A stretch of DNA of 64,000 nt from Bacteriovoracaceae bacterium (GTDB lineage: Bacteria > Bdellovibrionota > Bacteriovoracia > Bacteriovoracales > Bacteriovoracaceae): the NCBI GenBank assembly GCA_018649885.1, contig JABIHA010000086.1, positions 62,001 through 126,000 of the forward strand. The letters run 5' to 3'. How positions within the stretch are numbered: the stretch's first letter is position 1; every line of letters starts with the position of its first letter. Below the pieces are notes generated by a model. That model saw only the letters and a list, made by a program, of their open reading frames with translations. It was not told the DNA's origin and made no database searches. Positions 19,645 to 29,956 of this stretch are shown here, one piece after another. Position numbers and translations under genes: made by a program.

Positions 19645-20409
19645 GTGAGACATTTTATTTTACTATTATCAGCATTTCTATTTTTATTTTCAGGTCTTGG
19701 TGAGGCCAGGAATAAGCTAAGTGTTAAAGCTGTTACCCTGGAAGTGTGTAACAAAGCTGCTGATGACTTAGATTTTACTTGTACTAATTGGCGCTCATCT
19801 AGCAAATGTCCAAAAGCCTATATAGGAAAATGTGTTTATAACGAAAGGAAACTATTTAATCAAAAATGGCTAGTTTGCAAAGTAAGTCATGATGATGCAG
19901 AACATCCGGTTAAGGTTGAAGTCCATAGCTATGGTAAGAAAAAGGCCAAAGAGATGGTTAAGACTTGTTATGATGAAACTCTCATAGATAAAGAAAAATG
20001 TGAGTTTGCCTCACAAGATGAATATGTCTGTGGGAGCTGGACAGCTTCTAAAGAGTGTCCCAATAATTACTATTCTAAATGTGAAGAAGAAGATTTTACG
20101 GCGATATTTCCATTTTTTTCCAAAAAAGGCTATGTGGTATGTAAAGCTAGCGCAGAGGGTGCGGCTTATGAATTTATTACCAAGGACTTTGAAGACGCCA
20201 CAAGACTTAAAGCAAAGGCCATAAAAAAGGCCAAAGATTGCTCCTATAACCCAAGTGATATCATAACTACCCATCCTGTTTTGATTGAAGGCATGGGTGA
20301 GGTCGATACTCCAAAAGAAAAAATGCACGACGATGCGGCGGACAGCAAGGCACCCCAACCTGGACCTAATTCAGGTGAAGCTGATGGAGCTGTATTAGAA
20401 GGCGAATAG
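19645..20409 (+). CDS. Secreted cysteine-rich protein with a duplicated 6-Cys module
   Basis: Signal peptide; two copies of C-x9/10-C-x2-W-x5-CP-x2-Y-x2-KC...VCK...C. Confidence 0.75.
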   Translation: MRHFILLLSAFLFLFSGLGEARNKLSVKAVTLEVCNKAADDLDFTCTNWRSSSKCPKAYIGKCVYNERKLFNQKWLVCKVSHDDAEHPVKVEVHSYGKKKAKEMVKTCYDETLIDKEKCEFASQDEYVCGSWTASKECPNNYYSKCEEEDFTAIFPFFSKKGYVVCKASAEGAAYEFITKDFEDATRLKAKAIKKAKDCSYNPSDIITTHPVLIEGMGEVDTPKEKMHDDAADSKAPQPGPNSGEADGAVLEGE

Positions 20410-20444
20410 CTCAGTAAAATAAATTACGCAGATTCCTGTTTTTT

Positions 20445-20473
20445 TTGACACCCAAGATTCCTCCCGCTACTAT
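20445..20473 (+). promoter_or_regulatory. Sigma70 promoter of ABC exporter operon
   Basis: TTGACA-N17-TACTAT, followed by AAGGAG RBS and GTG at 20505. Confidence 0.7.
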
Positions 20474-20504
20474 TACCACTGGTAGAGGAAGAGAAGGAGT
20501 ACAC

Positions 20505-21449
20505 GTGTCCGACGGGTGTATGGAGCTAAAGGGAATCAGCAAGTCCTTTCCAGGTGTTAGCGCACTTGACTGCGTTAGCTTTTCTGTAAAAAAAGGCTCA
20601 ATTCACGGTTTTCTAGGTCCCAATGGGGCAGGAAAAACAACGACTTTAAAGATTATTGCAGGGCTGTGTGGCCCAAGTTCAGGTGAAATTTACTTTGATG
20701 GAAAATTGGCAAATTCGGTTAGTTGTCACAGAAGTATCGGGCTCCTGTTGGAAGACACCTGTCTTTACGAAGACATGCAAGTGATCGATTATCTCAAATT
20801 AGTTGGTGGAATCTTTGGCGAGAAACCTGCTCTTCTAGATTCTCAAATTGAAAAGGTCATGGAGCAGGTTGATATTGTTCATGTCAAAAAGCGTTTGATT
20901 GGAAATTTATCTAAAGGATACAAACAAAGAGTGGGCCTTGCCGCTTCTCTTGTACACAATCCTGACATACTTCTTTTAGATGAGCCTACTAATGGGCTCG
21001 ATCCAAAATCTATAAAAAATATGAGAGATTTAATTATCTCACTAAAAGGTGAGCATACGATTATTATCTCTTCACACCTTTTGGCCGAAATAGAAATGAT
21101 GTGTGATGACATCACTATTATCAACAAGGGGGAAGTCCTCTATAGCGGAAGTGTTGAAGGGGCTAGTGAAACACTTAAACAATCTCAGAGCTTTTGTCTT
21201 AAATACGGCAATGGGAAACTTTCTTGGAAAGAAGGTTTTATAAAAGAATTCTCCCTTGAGGTCGTAGAGCAAAGGAGTGAGAATGCTGGAGAGAGCTTTC
21301 TCAAATTTAAAAAGCGAGCGGGTGAGGACAGGCGATTTGCCATGAATCAATATCTATTGGCTCATGGATGCGAGGTCTTTGAGTTTTATATGGAAGAAAA
21401 GCATCTAGAGGATGTCTTCCTCGATATGGTTGGGGGTGAGAATGTATAG
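20505..21449 (+). CDS. ABC transporter ATP-binding protein (GldA/ABC-2 type)
   Basis: Walker A GPNGAGKTT, LSKGYKQR signature, LLLDEPT, H-loop SSH. Confidence 0.92.
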   Translation: MSDGCMELKGISKSFPGVSALDCVSFSVKKGSIHGFLGPNGAGKTTTLKIIAGLCGPSSGEIYFDGKLANSVSCHRSIGLLLEDTCLYEDMQVIDYLKLVGGIFGEKPALLDSQIEKVMEQVDIVHVKKRLIGNLSKGYKQRVGLAASLVHNPDILLLDEPTNGLDPKSIKNMRDLIISLKGEHTIIISSHLLAEIEMMCDDITIINKGEVLYSGSVEGASETLKQSQSFCLKYGNGKLSWKEGFIKEFSLEVVEQRSENAGESFLKFKKRAGEDRRFAMNQYLLAHGCEVFEFYMEEKHLEDVFLDMVGGENV

Positions 21450-22176
21450 TTTCTACTGTCTAATCAGAAAAGAATTCAAAAATACCTACAGCTCCCCTCT
21501 TGTTTACATAGTAACTGCTCTATTTATTGGACTTCTTGGGACACTTTTTTTTCAGTCTCTACTGGCTGCCAAAGCCTCAGGACAATTAAATTCAGCAGAT
21601 GTTGTTGTGAAAGGGGTTTTTGGCACTTTAAACTCACTACTGCTTTTTGTGTGCTCTCTTGTGACGATGAGATCATTTTCAGATGAAAAAAAACACCACA
21701 CTCTAGATCTTCTACTCATTTCTAAGCTTTCAGTAACTGAAATTGTTGTGGCCAAGTTTATCAGTGCTATGTCTGTAGTCTTCTTACTGCTGGGTATTTC
21801 AACAATATTTCCCATTATCATTTACTTTTCTAGCGATATTCTTGTTGCTCCAATTGCAGCCGCTTACTTAGGCACAATTTTAAATATCTCATTTTATGTG
21901 AGCGTGGGGCTATTAGCTTCATCTTTGACTGAAAATCAAATTATTGCGGCCATATTGAGTTTTACTGTTAATCTCTCATTTCTTATGTTGGCCTGGACTT
22001 CTCAGATGAGTGACAACTTCATGGTTGCACAAATCATAGGTTTTCTTAGTCCTGCAACACATGTTGAAGCATTTATTAGAGGTGCTATTAGGTCTTCTGA
22101 TATTATTTTTTATATTTCATCACTTACTTTTTTTGGTTTTGCGACTAAGAAATCAGTAGAAGCGGTGAGGTGGTAG
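21442..22176 (+). CDS. ABC-2 permease (GldF-like)
   Basis: Six TM segments; TMRSFSDEKK..TLDLL, SSLTENQIIA. Confidence 0.88.
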   Translation: MYSFYCLIRKEFKNTYSSPLVYIVTALFIGLLGTLFFQSLLAAKASGQLNSADVVVKGVFGTLNSLLLFVCSLVTMRSFSDEKKHHTLDLLLISKLSVTEIVVAKFISAMSVVFLLLGISTIFPIIIYFSSDILVAPIAAAYLGTILNISFYVSVGLLASSLTENQIIAAILSFTVNLSFLMLAWTSQMSDNFMVAQIIGFLSPATHVEAFIRGAIRSSDIIFYISSLTFFGFATKKSVEAVRW

Positions 22177-23708
22177 AAATGGGTGCTATTTTGAGAAAAA
22201 TTCTTATTTTTGTTAATATCGCTCTTTATCTGACGACTTTGGCGACTTGGATTTCCTTAACGGAGTATGTGACATTAAATATTTCGGCGACTATCGCCTC
22301 AATTTCACTCACCATGATTTTATTAATGGGAAGCTGGAAAAAAATTGCTGATTTCGCCCTTTCAAGTTATTTCAAGAATTTGTGTAATGTGGGGATTAGG
22401 TTATCCCTAATCCTAATGATACTAGGTCTAGTAAACTATCTAGGGTATAAACACCCTGTGAATGTGGACTTGTCGAGCGACTCGGTCAATACACTGTCTG
22501 ATCAAACCAAAGTTGTTTTAAACTCTATTGAAAAAGACGCTAAGATAATCATTTTTACCACCAAGAATAAAAGACAGTTATGGAGCTCTCTTTTAGACCT
22601 GTACCGCGAGATCAAACCTAATTTAGAAATTGATTTTATTGATCCAGAGGTGTCTCCAGAGAAGGCCCGTAAACTTAAAATCGATACAATGGGCAGTTTT
22701 ATTGTTCGAATTGGCGACAGGCGGGCAAGAGGTAAAGGTCGTACAGAGCTTCAATTAACAAATACTTTAATTAAGGCCAAAAGAGTTAAGGATTTTCATC
22801 TGGCCTTCACTATAGGCCATAGAGAAGGGAATTTAAAAGACGCAAGTGAAAAAGGTCTTAATCAAATTCGGAAGAAATTAGAGACTTCTGAATTTAAAAT
22901 ATCCTACTTAGATTTGGCGTCTATTTCTCAGGTTCCGGAAAATATTGATCTTCTATTTGTATGGGGTCCAAAAGATGGTTTTCTTGATGTTGAAGTCAAA
23001 AAAATTGATTCTTTTATAAAGAGTGGAAAAAACCTGGTAGTTGCCCTCGATCCAAATTTTGAAGGCGAAAAACAAACCCATCTAAAAAAACTTTTAAAAA
23101 GTCATGGAATTGTCATTCATAACGATCTTGTTTTCGACCAAGTTTCACATGTTGCAGGATCCAGTAGCTCAATTCCCATAATTAAAAAATTCAACAAAGA
23201 CCATCCCATAACCAAGAACTTCCAAGGTGGAACTTTTTTTCCACTTACCTCTAGTGTTGAGAAAGTAGAAGGCGATAAAGATGTACTTGTCCTTGCAAGG
23301 ACTTCAGGTTTTCCAGCTTCATGGGCCGAAAGAGATTTGAGTGAAGTACAAGCCGGTAGTGTGGTGTTCAATCAAAAGCTAGATCAAAAAGGCCCTGTCG
23401 GGGTGATGGCCGTTACTGAAAGAGATGGGGGAGCAGGCAAGTATCGAATTGCCGCTTTTGGAAACTCCACTTTTATAATGAATAATTACATTCAATATGG
23501 AGCAAATTATAATTTCTTTTTCAATGTTGTTGAATGGGCGCTATCACAAGAAAGTTTTATAAGTTTAAATAGACCTGAAATAAAGAACAACACTCTTATG
23601 TTGGGTGAGACCCAAGTTGGGATAGTCTTTTATTTTAGCGTTTTATTTGCTCCATTACTTCTATTTGGAATAAGTATTTATCTCTATCGTAGGAGAAAGG
23701 CACTGTAA
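22170..23708 (+). CDS. GldG-like ABC transporter auxiliary protein
   Basis: DLS...TLSDQT, FTIGHRE, N...FNVVEW; N- and C-terminal TM helices. Confidence 0.85.
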   Translation: MVEMGAILRKILIFVNIALYLTTLATWISLTEYVTLNISATIASISLTMILLMGSWKKIADFALSSYFKNLCNVGIRLSLILMILGLVNYLGYKHPVNVDLSSDSVNTLSDQTKVVLNSIEKDAKIIIFTTKNKRQLWSSLLDLYREIKPNLEIDFIDPEVSPEKARKLKIDTMGSFIVRIGDRRARGKGRTELQLTNTLIKAKRVKDFHLAFTIGHREGNLKDASEKGLNQIRKKLETSEFKISYLDLASISQVPENIDLLFVWGPKDGFLDVEVKKIDSFIKSGKNLVVALDPNFEGEKQTHLKKLLKSHGIVIHNDLVFDQVSHVAGSSSSIPIIKKFNKDHPITKNFQGGTFFPLTSSVEKVEGDKDVLVLARTSGFPASWAERDLSEVQAGSVVFNQKLDQKGPVGVMAVTERDGGAGKYRIAAFGNSTFIMNNYIQYGANYNFFFNVVEWALSQESFISLNRPEIKNNTLMLGETQVGIVFYFSVLFAPLLLFGISIYLYRRRKAL

Positions 23709-23711
23709 GCT

Positions 23712-25094
23712 ATGAAAACTAATATCTCTCTTGCCATTGTATTTACACTTCTATTTTCTCTGGCCTATCTCTTTGAAGAAAAAAATATTTGGGGAACTCG
23801 GTCTGTGAAGTTGATTGATCGAATGAAGACCTTGAAAAAAGAAGATATAACAAAGCTTACCATGGGGAAAACTGAAATTAATTTTTCAAAAAACAAAGCA
23901 TTTGTGGGTGTGGAGAGTTTTCCTGCCGATCAAAATAGTATCAATCGTCTATTTTCAATTTTTTCTGGTTTAAAAATATATAGAAGTCTTAAAGTTATAG
24001 GAAGTGGGGGAGAGTATTTCACTCAAATTTCACCTACTCTTGAGGTTGTAACTAATAAGGGTCATTTTTCCATTAAGCTCGGACAAAGAGTTCCTACAAG
24101 CGAAAAATTTTATATTGAAATCGCTGAAAAATCGACTGGCTTGATTGAGTGGCTTGTCGCTGCCGATAGTTCGAGCTATCCAGAGCTTTATCAGGAAGGA
24201 AAGAAGGACCTAGCGCTCAAGTGGAAGCGATTTAAATTTTTAATGACTAGGGATGAGAGCTTCTTTTACGACAGGAAAATCTTGGCCAATTTTGCAGGCC
24301 TTGAAAGAATGAAAATTGAAGTCTCTGGAGCCAGGGAGTTTGAAGTCGATTTTATTAGAGAGCGAACTTCAATTAAACCTCTTAAGGGAATTGGTTTTTC
24401 TAAAAGTAAGATGAAATCATATATTGAAGATGTTTTAGCTATTACTGCAGATGGTGTTTTTCCTAAAGGGGATGGTGCACCTGATTCGGACTTAGGTACA
24501 AAACTAGTCCATGTGAAGTTTTTCTATGGCGAGCTGGTGAAAGAGTTTGAGCTCTTTCAGAATGCAAAACTTGGCGATATTTATTACTTAAAGGATTTAA
24601 TTGGAGGAGACCTATATATTTTCACTGGTCGCAAAATCTCACCTCTGCTAGTAAATGTTCAGGACTTCTGGGATAAAAGGCCAATTATTGATGATGGTAG
24701 TGGTAAAAATGGAGTCAAACTTGATCTGTTCTTTTCAGATGGTCAGAATGTAGACTTAAAAATACCTAAGGGAAAAACGGTTGATTTTGTCCCGAGTAAC
24801 CTTGAGCATGTGGTAAGAAAAGAAAAGCTCGTCTCTCTTTTAAAGCTACTCTATGGTCAAACAGGTAAAGGCCAAGCTTTTAGAGTTAGTCCTCAAAGTA
24901 AAAGTGCCCTTGATAGAATAATGAAAGATAATGAGACCCTTAAAGTGGGAATTGAGGGGCAGAGATTTTTAATAAGAGACAAAAATGCAGAGACTATTAT
25001 TACCAATCTAAAAAATGGGACTAATTACCACTATATTAGATCTCGGGATAAAAAACTTGGTACCAAGTACAGTGACTTTTTTATCACTAACTAG
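23712..25094 (+). CDS. DUF4340-like protein of the Gld-type ABC operon
   Basis: N-terminal TM anchor, position after GldG, LG..VPT...YI motif. Confidence 0.55.
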   Translation: MKTNISLAIVFTLLFSLAYLFEEKNIWGTRSVKLIDRMKTLKKEDITKLTMGKTEINFSKNKAFVGVESFPADQNSINRLFSIFSGLKIYRSLKVIGSGGEYFTQISPTLEVVTNKGHFSIKLGQRVPTSEKFYIEIAEKSTGLIEWLVAADSSSYPELYQEGKKDLALKWKRFKFLMTRDESFFYDRKILANFAGLERMKIEVSGAREFEVDFIRERTSIKPLKGIGFSKSKMKSYIEDVLAITADGVFPKGDGAPDSDLGTKLVHVKFFYGELVKEFELFQNAKLGDIYYLKDLIGGDLYIFTGRKISPLLVNVQDFWDKRPIIDDGSGKNGVKLDLFFSDGQNVDLKIPKGKTVDFVPSNLEHVVRKEKLVSLLKLLYGQTGKGQAFRVSPQSKSALDRIMKDNETLKVGIEGQRFLIRDKNAETIITNLKNGTNYHYIRSRDKKLGTKYSDFFITN

Positions 25095-25102
25095 GAAGGC
25101 AA

Positions 25103-25735
25103 TTGAAAGATCTTTTTACAACATATTTTAATTTTGTGGCCCACCCATTTTCCTATTTTAAAGGTGATGGTGAGAGCTTTCATGAAACACAAAATTTTAG
25201 AAGGTACTTTCCCACGAGTCTTGGATTTGTAGAGATTGTTTGTATTTCTTGGATTTTTTTCATGGCCGCCGCTTTTTACAAGATAGTGCTCTTTAAAATA
25301 GGAATTGATTATCTTGGATATTTTTTTGAAAACCAACTTTCTCTGGCCCAATTTGCATTGACCGGAAATATTGGAAGTTATATTTTTTTTACACTTGTAA
25401 CCGTAACACTATTTCCCTTGGGCGTTTATATTTGGGTCAAAGTTTGGTCTGGTGTTATTTTCTTTTTCTGTAAATTATATGGGCGAAGTGAACTGGAGAA
25501 ATCTCAGGTAGATTCTGTGGTAGAGATGGGAGTGACTTCCCACCTTTTTTTACTTGTCCCCATCATCGGGCCCACCATAAGCTTTTTTATGAGCTATTTT
25601 ATTCTCGGTGTTGGCATGGCCTCTAAACTTCAATTTTCTGTGATTCAAATCTTAATGGTTTTAATTTCGCCGCTTCTGCTCATGGGGTTTTTCTCTGGAG
25701 CACTGCTAATATTATTGATGTCATTTCTCCTTTAA
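25103..25735 (+). CDS. Hypothetical membrane protein (Yip1-like topology)
   Basis: 210 aa, about 5 hydrophobic segments; TTG start after AGGAAGG. Confidence 0.65.
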   Translation: MKDLFTTYFNFVAHPFSYFKGDGESFHETQNFRRYFPTSLGFVEIVCISWIFFMAAAFYKIVLFKIGIDYLGYFFENQLSLAQFALTGNIGSYIFFTLVTVTLFPLGVYIWVKVWSGVIFFFCKLYGRSELEKSQVDSVVEMGVTSHLFLLVPIIGPTISFFMSYFILGVGMASKLQFSVIQILMVLISPLLLMGFFSGALLILLMSFLL

Positions 25736-25852
25736 CGCTCTATTTCTTTTCCAGGTATTAGTAGCTTGATGCACCCTCAACTAATAGGCAGTTGAAGTCT
25801 TCTGAACATTTTGAAACAATGGGGGCCTTGGACGATTATAAGGGAGTTAAAC

Positions 25853-26470
25853 GTGTTTCATCCAGTCAGTGGATCAGTTGAAGTTATCTGTGGGCCAATG
25901 TTTTCAGGGAAGACAGAAGAGCTAATTAGAAGAGTGAGAAGAGCTGAGATAGCTCGTATGAGGGTTCAAATCTTCAAGCCATCAATTGATACCAGATATG
26001 ATGAAGATGCAGTCGTGAGCCACTCGTCCATTAAAATACCTTCACAGAAAATAGAATCCTCAGACGAGATACTTTCGATACTTAACGATTTCACAAGGGT
26101 CGTGGCCATTGATGAAATTCAATTTTTCGATGAGGGAATTGTCTCCGTTGTTAGTAAGTTATCCAGAAGAGGACTTCGCGTAATTTGTGCAGGCCTTGAT
26201 TTGGACTACAGAGGTGTTCCATTTGGGCCAATGCCCACACTACTTGCTCTAGCTGATGAAGTTCTTAAAATTCATGCAATTTGTACGGTATGTGGCAAGC
26301 CGGCCAGTAAAACTTATAGGAAGCCGCAGGCAGGACGTGATAAGGTGCTTCTAGGTGAGACAGATCTCTATGAAGCACGTTGTACTGGACATTGGGAATT
26401 TGACGAGTTTAATTCTCCCTTGACAGTTTCTTCCTCTGAGGCGAAACAGGAGCCTGGATTTATAAATTGA
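25853..26470 (+). CDS. tdk: Thymidine kinase
   Basis: [31 protein letters not shown]...YEARC; GTG start after AGGGAG. Confidence 0.95.
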   Translation: MFHPVSGSVEVICGPMFSGKTEELIRRVRRAEIARMRVQIFKPSIDTRYDEDAVVSHSSIKIPSQKIESSDEILSILNDFTRVVAIDEIQFFDEGIVSVVSKLSRRGLRVICAGLDLDYRGVPFGPMPTLLALADEVLKIHAICTVCGKPASKTYRKPQAGRDKVLLGETDLYEARCTGHWEFDEFNSPLTVSSSEAKQEPGFIN

Positions 26471-26480
26471 GGGAAATATT

Positions 26481-27005
26481 ATGGACTATCATCCAGAGGT
26501 TTTATTTGATGAATTAACCATCAAAAATCGTATTGCAGAACTTGGGGCCCAAATTACACATGACTACGCGGGTCAAGAAATTGTGGTGGTCTGTGTTTTA
26601 AAAGGTGCTTTTGTTTTCTGTGCCGATCTAATTAAAGAAATAAACCTTCCTATTAGACTCGAATTTATCTCACTTTCTTCTTATGGTGATAAGACAGCTT
26701 CGTCTGGAGAGGTGAAAAAAAATCTTGATATTACAGGTAAGATTCGTGGAGAGAATGTTCTAGTTGTTGAAGATATAGTTGATACAGGACTAACTATTGA
26801 AACTCTATTTAGAGATCTATCAAGTAGAGAGCCAAGAACAATGAAGCTGGCTTCACTATTATTTAAACCCGAAAAATTGAAAGCAGATGTTGATATTGAT
26901 TATCTCGCCTTTGAGATCGAGGACCAATTTGTTATTGGATTTGGACTCGATTACGCCCAAAGATACAGAGAGCTGCCATATATTGGTGTTCTCAACCAAG
27001 CTTAG
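26481..27005 (+). CDS. hpt: Hypoxanthine phosphoribosyltransferase
   Basis: VLKGA, SSYG, VEDIVDTGLT PRPP motif, GFGLDYAQRYRELP. Confidence 0.95.
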   Translation: MDYHPEVLFDELTIKNRIAELGAQITHDYAGQEIVVVCVLKGAFVFCADLIKEINLPIRLEFISLSSYGDKTASSGEVKKNLDITGKIRGENVLVVEDIVDTGLTIETLFRDLSSREPRTMKLASLLFKPEKLKADVDIDYLAFEIEDQFVIGFGLDYAQRYRELPYIGVLNQA

Positions 27006-27011
27006 GAAATA

Positions 27012-28025
27012 ATGGAATTTGAAACTAAAGGTAGCGTGAGAGTAGATCTGCTTGGTGGAACCTTAGATCTCGCTCCTATTAATTTGATATTAGATGGGGC
27101 GTACACCCTTAATGTGGCCACTTCGTTAAAGGCCAATGTTTTACTCAGAACTACCGATTTTGACGGTATCGAAATTAACTCAATTGATTACAATAGCGTG
27201 GTGAAATTTGAATCGGCTAAATTTACTAAAGAAAACTTATCGTCTGGTGAATTTAAAGAGTTGAGGTTTGTTGCAGAGATTTTTCATTACTTTGGCACTA
27301 CTTCTGGTGTTTATGCTGAGATGAAATCAGGCTCCCCTCCAGGTGCTGGACTTGGTGGCTCATCAACCATGGGAGTGACTCTATTTAAGGCCCTATGCAA
27401 ATTTAATGGGATTAGCTTTTCTCGCGTTGAAGCGATCAAAGTTGTCAGTGGTATTGAAAGAATGATCTTAATGAAAGGTCAAACAGGATATCAAGATTAT
27501 TACCCCGCTCTTTATGGTGGGATTTTATGTCTTAAGCCACACCCGCTTGCACCAGAGGTGGCTCAGCTCTACACTCCTGAATTGGCTTCATATTTATGTG
27601 AGCACTTAACATTAGTTTCTTCTGGAAAGTCTAGGTTATCTGGAATCAATAATTGGGAAGTCTACAAATCATTCTTTGATGGTGATGAAAGGGTTCAAAA
27701 GGGCTTGGCCAAAATTGCACGTCTTGCAAGTCGTGGATACCAGGCGATTTCTGATGGTCAGTACAGTAAACTAAAAGAGCTGATCATTGCCGAGGGAGTG
27801 GAGAGAGAACAATTGTGGCCAGGAATTGTTATAGATGAAGTAGTTGCTTTTAGAGATCAATTGACCCAAATTGACTCAGGCTCAGGGATTAAAATATGTG
27901 GCGCTGGAGGAGGAGGATGCTTTCTTGCTATTCACTCCAAAGAGGCCAAGGCAGATGTTCAACATCTTATATCTGAATGTAGAATGAGTGAGTTGGCTTT
28001 CCAAATAGACCCCCCACTTACCTAG
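27012..28025 (+). CDS. GHMP-family sugar kinase (HddA-like)
   Basis: RVDLLGGTLD, PPGAGLGGSS, GYQDYY, KICGAGGGGC. Confidence 0.85.
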   Translation: MEFETKGSVRVDLLGGTLDLAPINLILDGAYTLNVATSLKANVLLRTTDFDGIEINSIDYNSVVKFESAKFTKENLSSGEFKELRFVAEIFHYFGTTSGVYAEMKSGSPPGAGLGGSSTMGVTLFKALCKFNGISFSRVEAIKVVSGIERMILMKGQTGYQDYYPALYGGILCLKPHPLAPEVAQLYTPELASYLCEHLTLVSSGKSRLSGINNWEVYKSFFDGDERVQKGLAKIARLASRGYQAISDGQYSKLKELIIAEGVEREQLWPGIVIDEVVAFRDQLTQIDSGSGIKICGAGGGGCFLAIHSKEAKADVQHLISECRMSELAFQIDPPLT

Positions 28026-28035
28026 GTTAACTAAT

Positions 28036-28983
28036 TTGAGCTCAAAAAAATTTGCAGGTTTAAGTCTAAGTGGTGGAAGAAAAGAAAAAGTCTATTTTTG
28101 TGTTCTTGAACATTATGAGAACGAAGATAGGTGGTTTCTGTCTGACATCAGGCTGCTTTCAAAGGAAGATGGTTTTCAGAAGGGACCCATTAGCGAGTGT
28201 GTTGAAGAGCACGGAATAAAAGAGCTGATAGTAGATTTTCCCCTCAATCATCCTCACTGCACTTATTGTAAGCTCGATTGCCCTGGGGAAGCTAAATGCA
28301 GTGAGAATAGTGTTTCATTAGTTAGAGACAAAATTACAAGTTTTCTACAATTTGATAAGTCAAAATCCTCTGGAAATCCTAAAAAATACGAACAAGATCG
28401 GCATCTTCGTGATGAGTTTAAGTATAGACGAGATGTACTTGAGAGAAAAACTAGAGAGCATTTGCTCTCAAAGCCTTTCAAGCGGCGTTTGAAAAATGGA
28501 TACTTACCCTATTGGAATCGTCCCATTGATTTTTGGATTTGGTCAGAGTACTACGATCAGCTCCTCGAATTATTTAACTTCTCCTATGATTCTTTTGGTC
28601 ACACCTCTCTAATGCACCTAAATTACTTTGATTACTTTAAAAGACATCTTCCAAGTGACCTAAAGTTTTATGAAAGTAGTATTTACATCATTTTGATAGA
28701 GCTTATGAAGTCCTCACTTATATCTCAAAAAACTTTGAGGGAATACACTGACTTAGATCTAGGTGCTAACTCTAAACTTAATATAATAAAGGGCTTAGAG
28801 AGTGGTTTTGAAATTTTCATTTACAATAAAGATATGGAGACCTTACTGAAGAAACGTGGAGCCTTTGACTCATTTCTACTTGCCATTGCAGGGGCTCGCC
28901 TCTATAAAAAACAAAATATAGAACTTCCCTCGTGGACAGATTTTCAGGGCACAAATTTTTTGGTTCCCCAGTTTTTGGAGTAG
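28036..28983 (+). CDS. DUF429-like (RNase H-like fold) protein with Cys cluster
   Basis: GLSLSG...IVDFPL...FYES...AFDSFLLA layout; CTYCKLDCPGEAKC. Confidence 0.5.
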   Translation: MSSKKFAGLSLSGGRKEKVYFCVLEHYENEDRWFLSDIRLLSKEDGFQKGPISECVEEHGIKELIVDFPLNHPHCTYCKLDCPGEAKCSENSVSLVRDKITSFLQFDKSKSSGNPKKYEQDRHLRDEFKYRRDVLERKTREHLLSKPFKRRLKNGYLPYWNRPIDFWIWSEYYDQLLELFNFSYDSFGHTSLMHLNYFDYFKRHLPSDLKFYESSIYIILIELMKSSLISQKTLREYTDLDLGANSKLNIIKGLESGFEIFIYNKDMETLLKKRGAFDSFLLAIAGARLYKKQNIELPSWTDFQGTNFLVPQFLE

Positions 28984-28986
28984 AAA

Positions 28987-29400
28987 ATGAATACGCATAT
29001 AACGATGAGAGATGAAACTCATAGTGTGATGATTGGCTATGTACTTTGGATTTTCGGATTTATGGGAGCTCATCGATTTTATTACGGCAAGCCTAAATCT
29101 GGCACTCTCTATTTTTTCACTCTTGGTCTTTTAGGTGTTGGTTGGATTATCGATTTATTTCTCATTCCTACAATGGATAGTGAAGCTGACCTTCGATTTG
29201 TCGAAGGAGAAATCGATTACAATATTGCATGGGCCCTTTTAACATTCCTCGGACCCATGGGGATTCACCGCTTTTACATGGGGAAAATACTTTCAGGCCT
29301 TGTCTATCTTCTTACCGCAGGATTTTGTGGTCTAGGAGTGCTCTATGATTATTGGACTCTAAATTCCCAAATCAGTGAAAAAAATGGTCGCTACATTTAG
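28987..29400 (+). CDS. Double TM2-domain membrane protein
   Basis: Two G(A/I)HRFY-x-GK repeats. Confidence 0.9.
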   Translation: MNTHITMRDETHSVMIGYVLWIFGFMGAHRFYYGKPKSGTLYFFTLGLLGVGWIIDLFLIPTMDSEADLRFVEGEIDYNIAWALLTFLGPMGIHRFYMGKILSGLVYLLTAGFCGLGVLYDYWTLNSQISEKNGRYI

Positions 29401-29403
29401 AAG

Positions 29404-29421
29404 CAAACTGGGATCAGTATA
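29404..29421. repeat. Truncated arm of the 101-bp palindromic element
   Basis: CAAACTGGGATCAGTA is the exact reverse complement of 2521-2536, followed by TA. Confidence 0.65.
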
Positions 29422-29892
29422 TTATTCTTTAGGGAAAAATTGATCAATACCCACGGCCATAAAAATATAAGCAACAATCATTGGGCTAAATAGAAGGGTC
29501 GTAAAATTACCTGCAAATGACTCTGTTGCCACAAAATAGAACACACCAAAAATGGCGCAAATAAAATAAAATTTAAGATAGTTCCATGCAAATTTCCTCT
29601 TGGTAAAAAAGAAGAGGTAGATTAAGGCATGAATGGCCAAAAAAGCATAGATCATTATATTGAGCGAGCTTAGATATACCTGTTTCATCATCGCCATGGC
29701 CTCAGGGTTTAAGTCCCCTCTACTGAGTCCGTTGAGCTTGAAAGATAGGTCTAAAATAGTGTCGAAATTAACGAGTCGATTGTAAGTGTAATAGGCGAGC
29801 ACTATGTCGCCACCAAACCCAAGGATAATAGTCAGTGGTTTAAAAACACTAACGGATATCTTATTAATTTTAAAAAAAATTTGAAGCCCCAT
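29422..29892 (-). CDS. Hypothetical membrane protein
   Basis: 156 aa, about 4 TM segments. Confidence 0.65.
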   Translation of the reverse strand: MGLQIFFKINKISVSVFKPLTIILGFGGDIVLAYYTYNRLVNFDTILDLSFKLNGLSRGDLNPEAMAMMKQVYLSSLNIMIYAFLAIHALIYLFFFTKRKFAWNYLKFYFICAIFGVFYFVATESFAGNFTTLLFSPMIVAYIFMAVGIDQFFPKE

Positions 29893-29956
29893 GATGATAT
29901 TTAGTATAAATTAAACTAGAATAAATACCAGAGTAATTTTTCAAGGTAGCGAAGTC

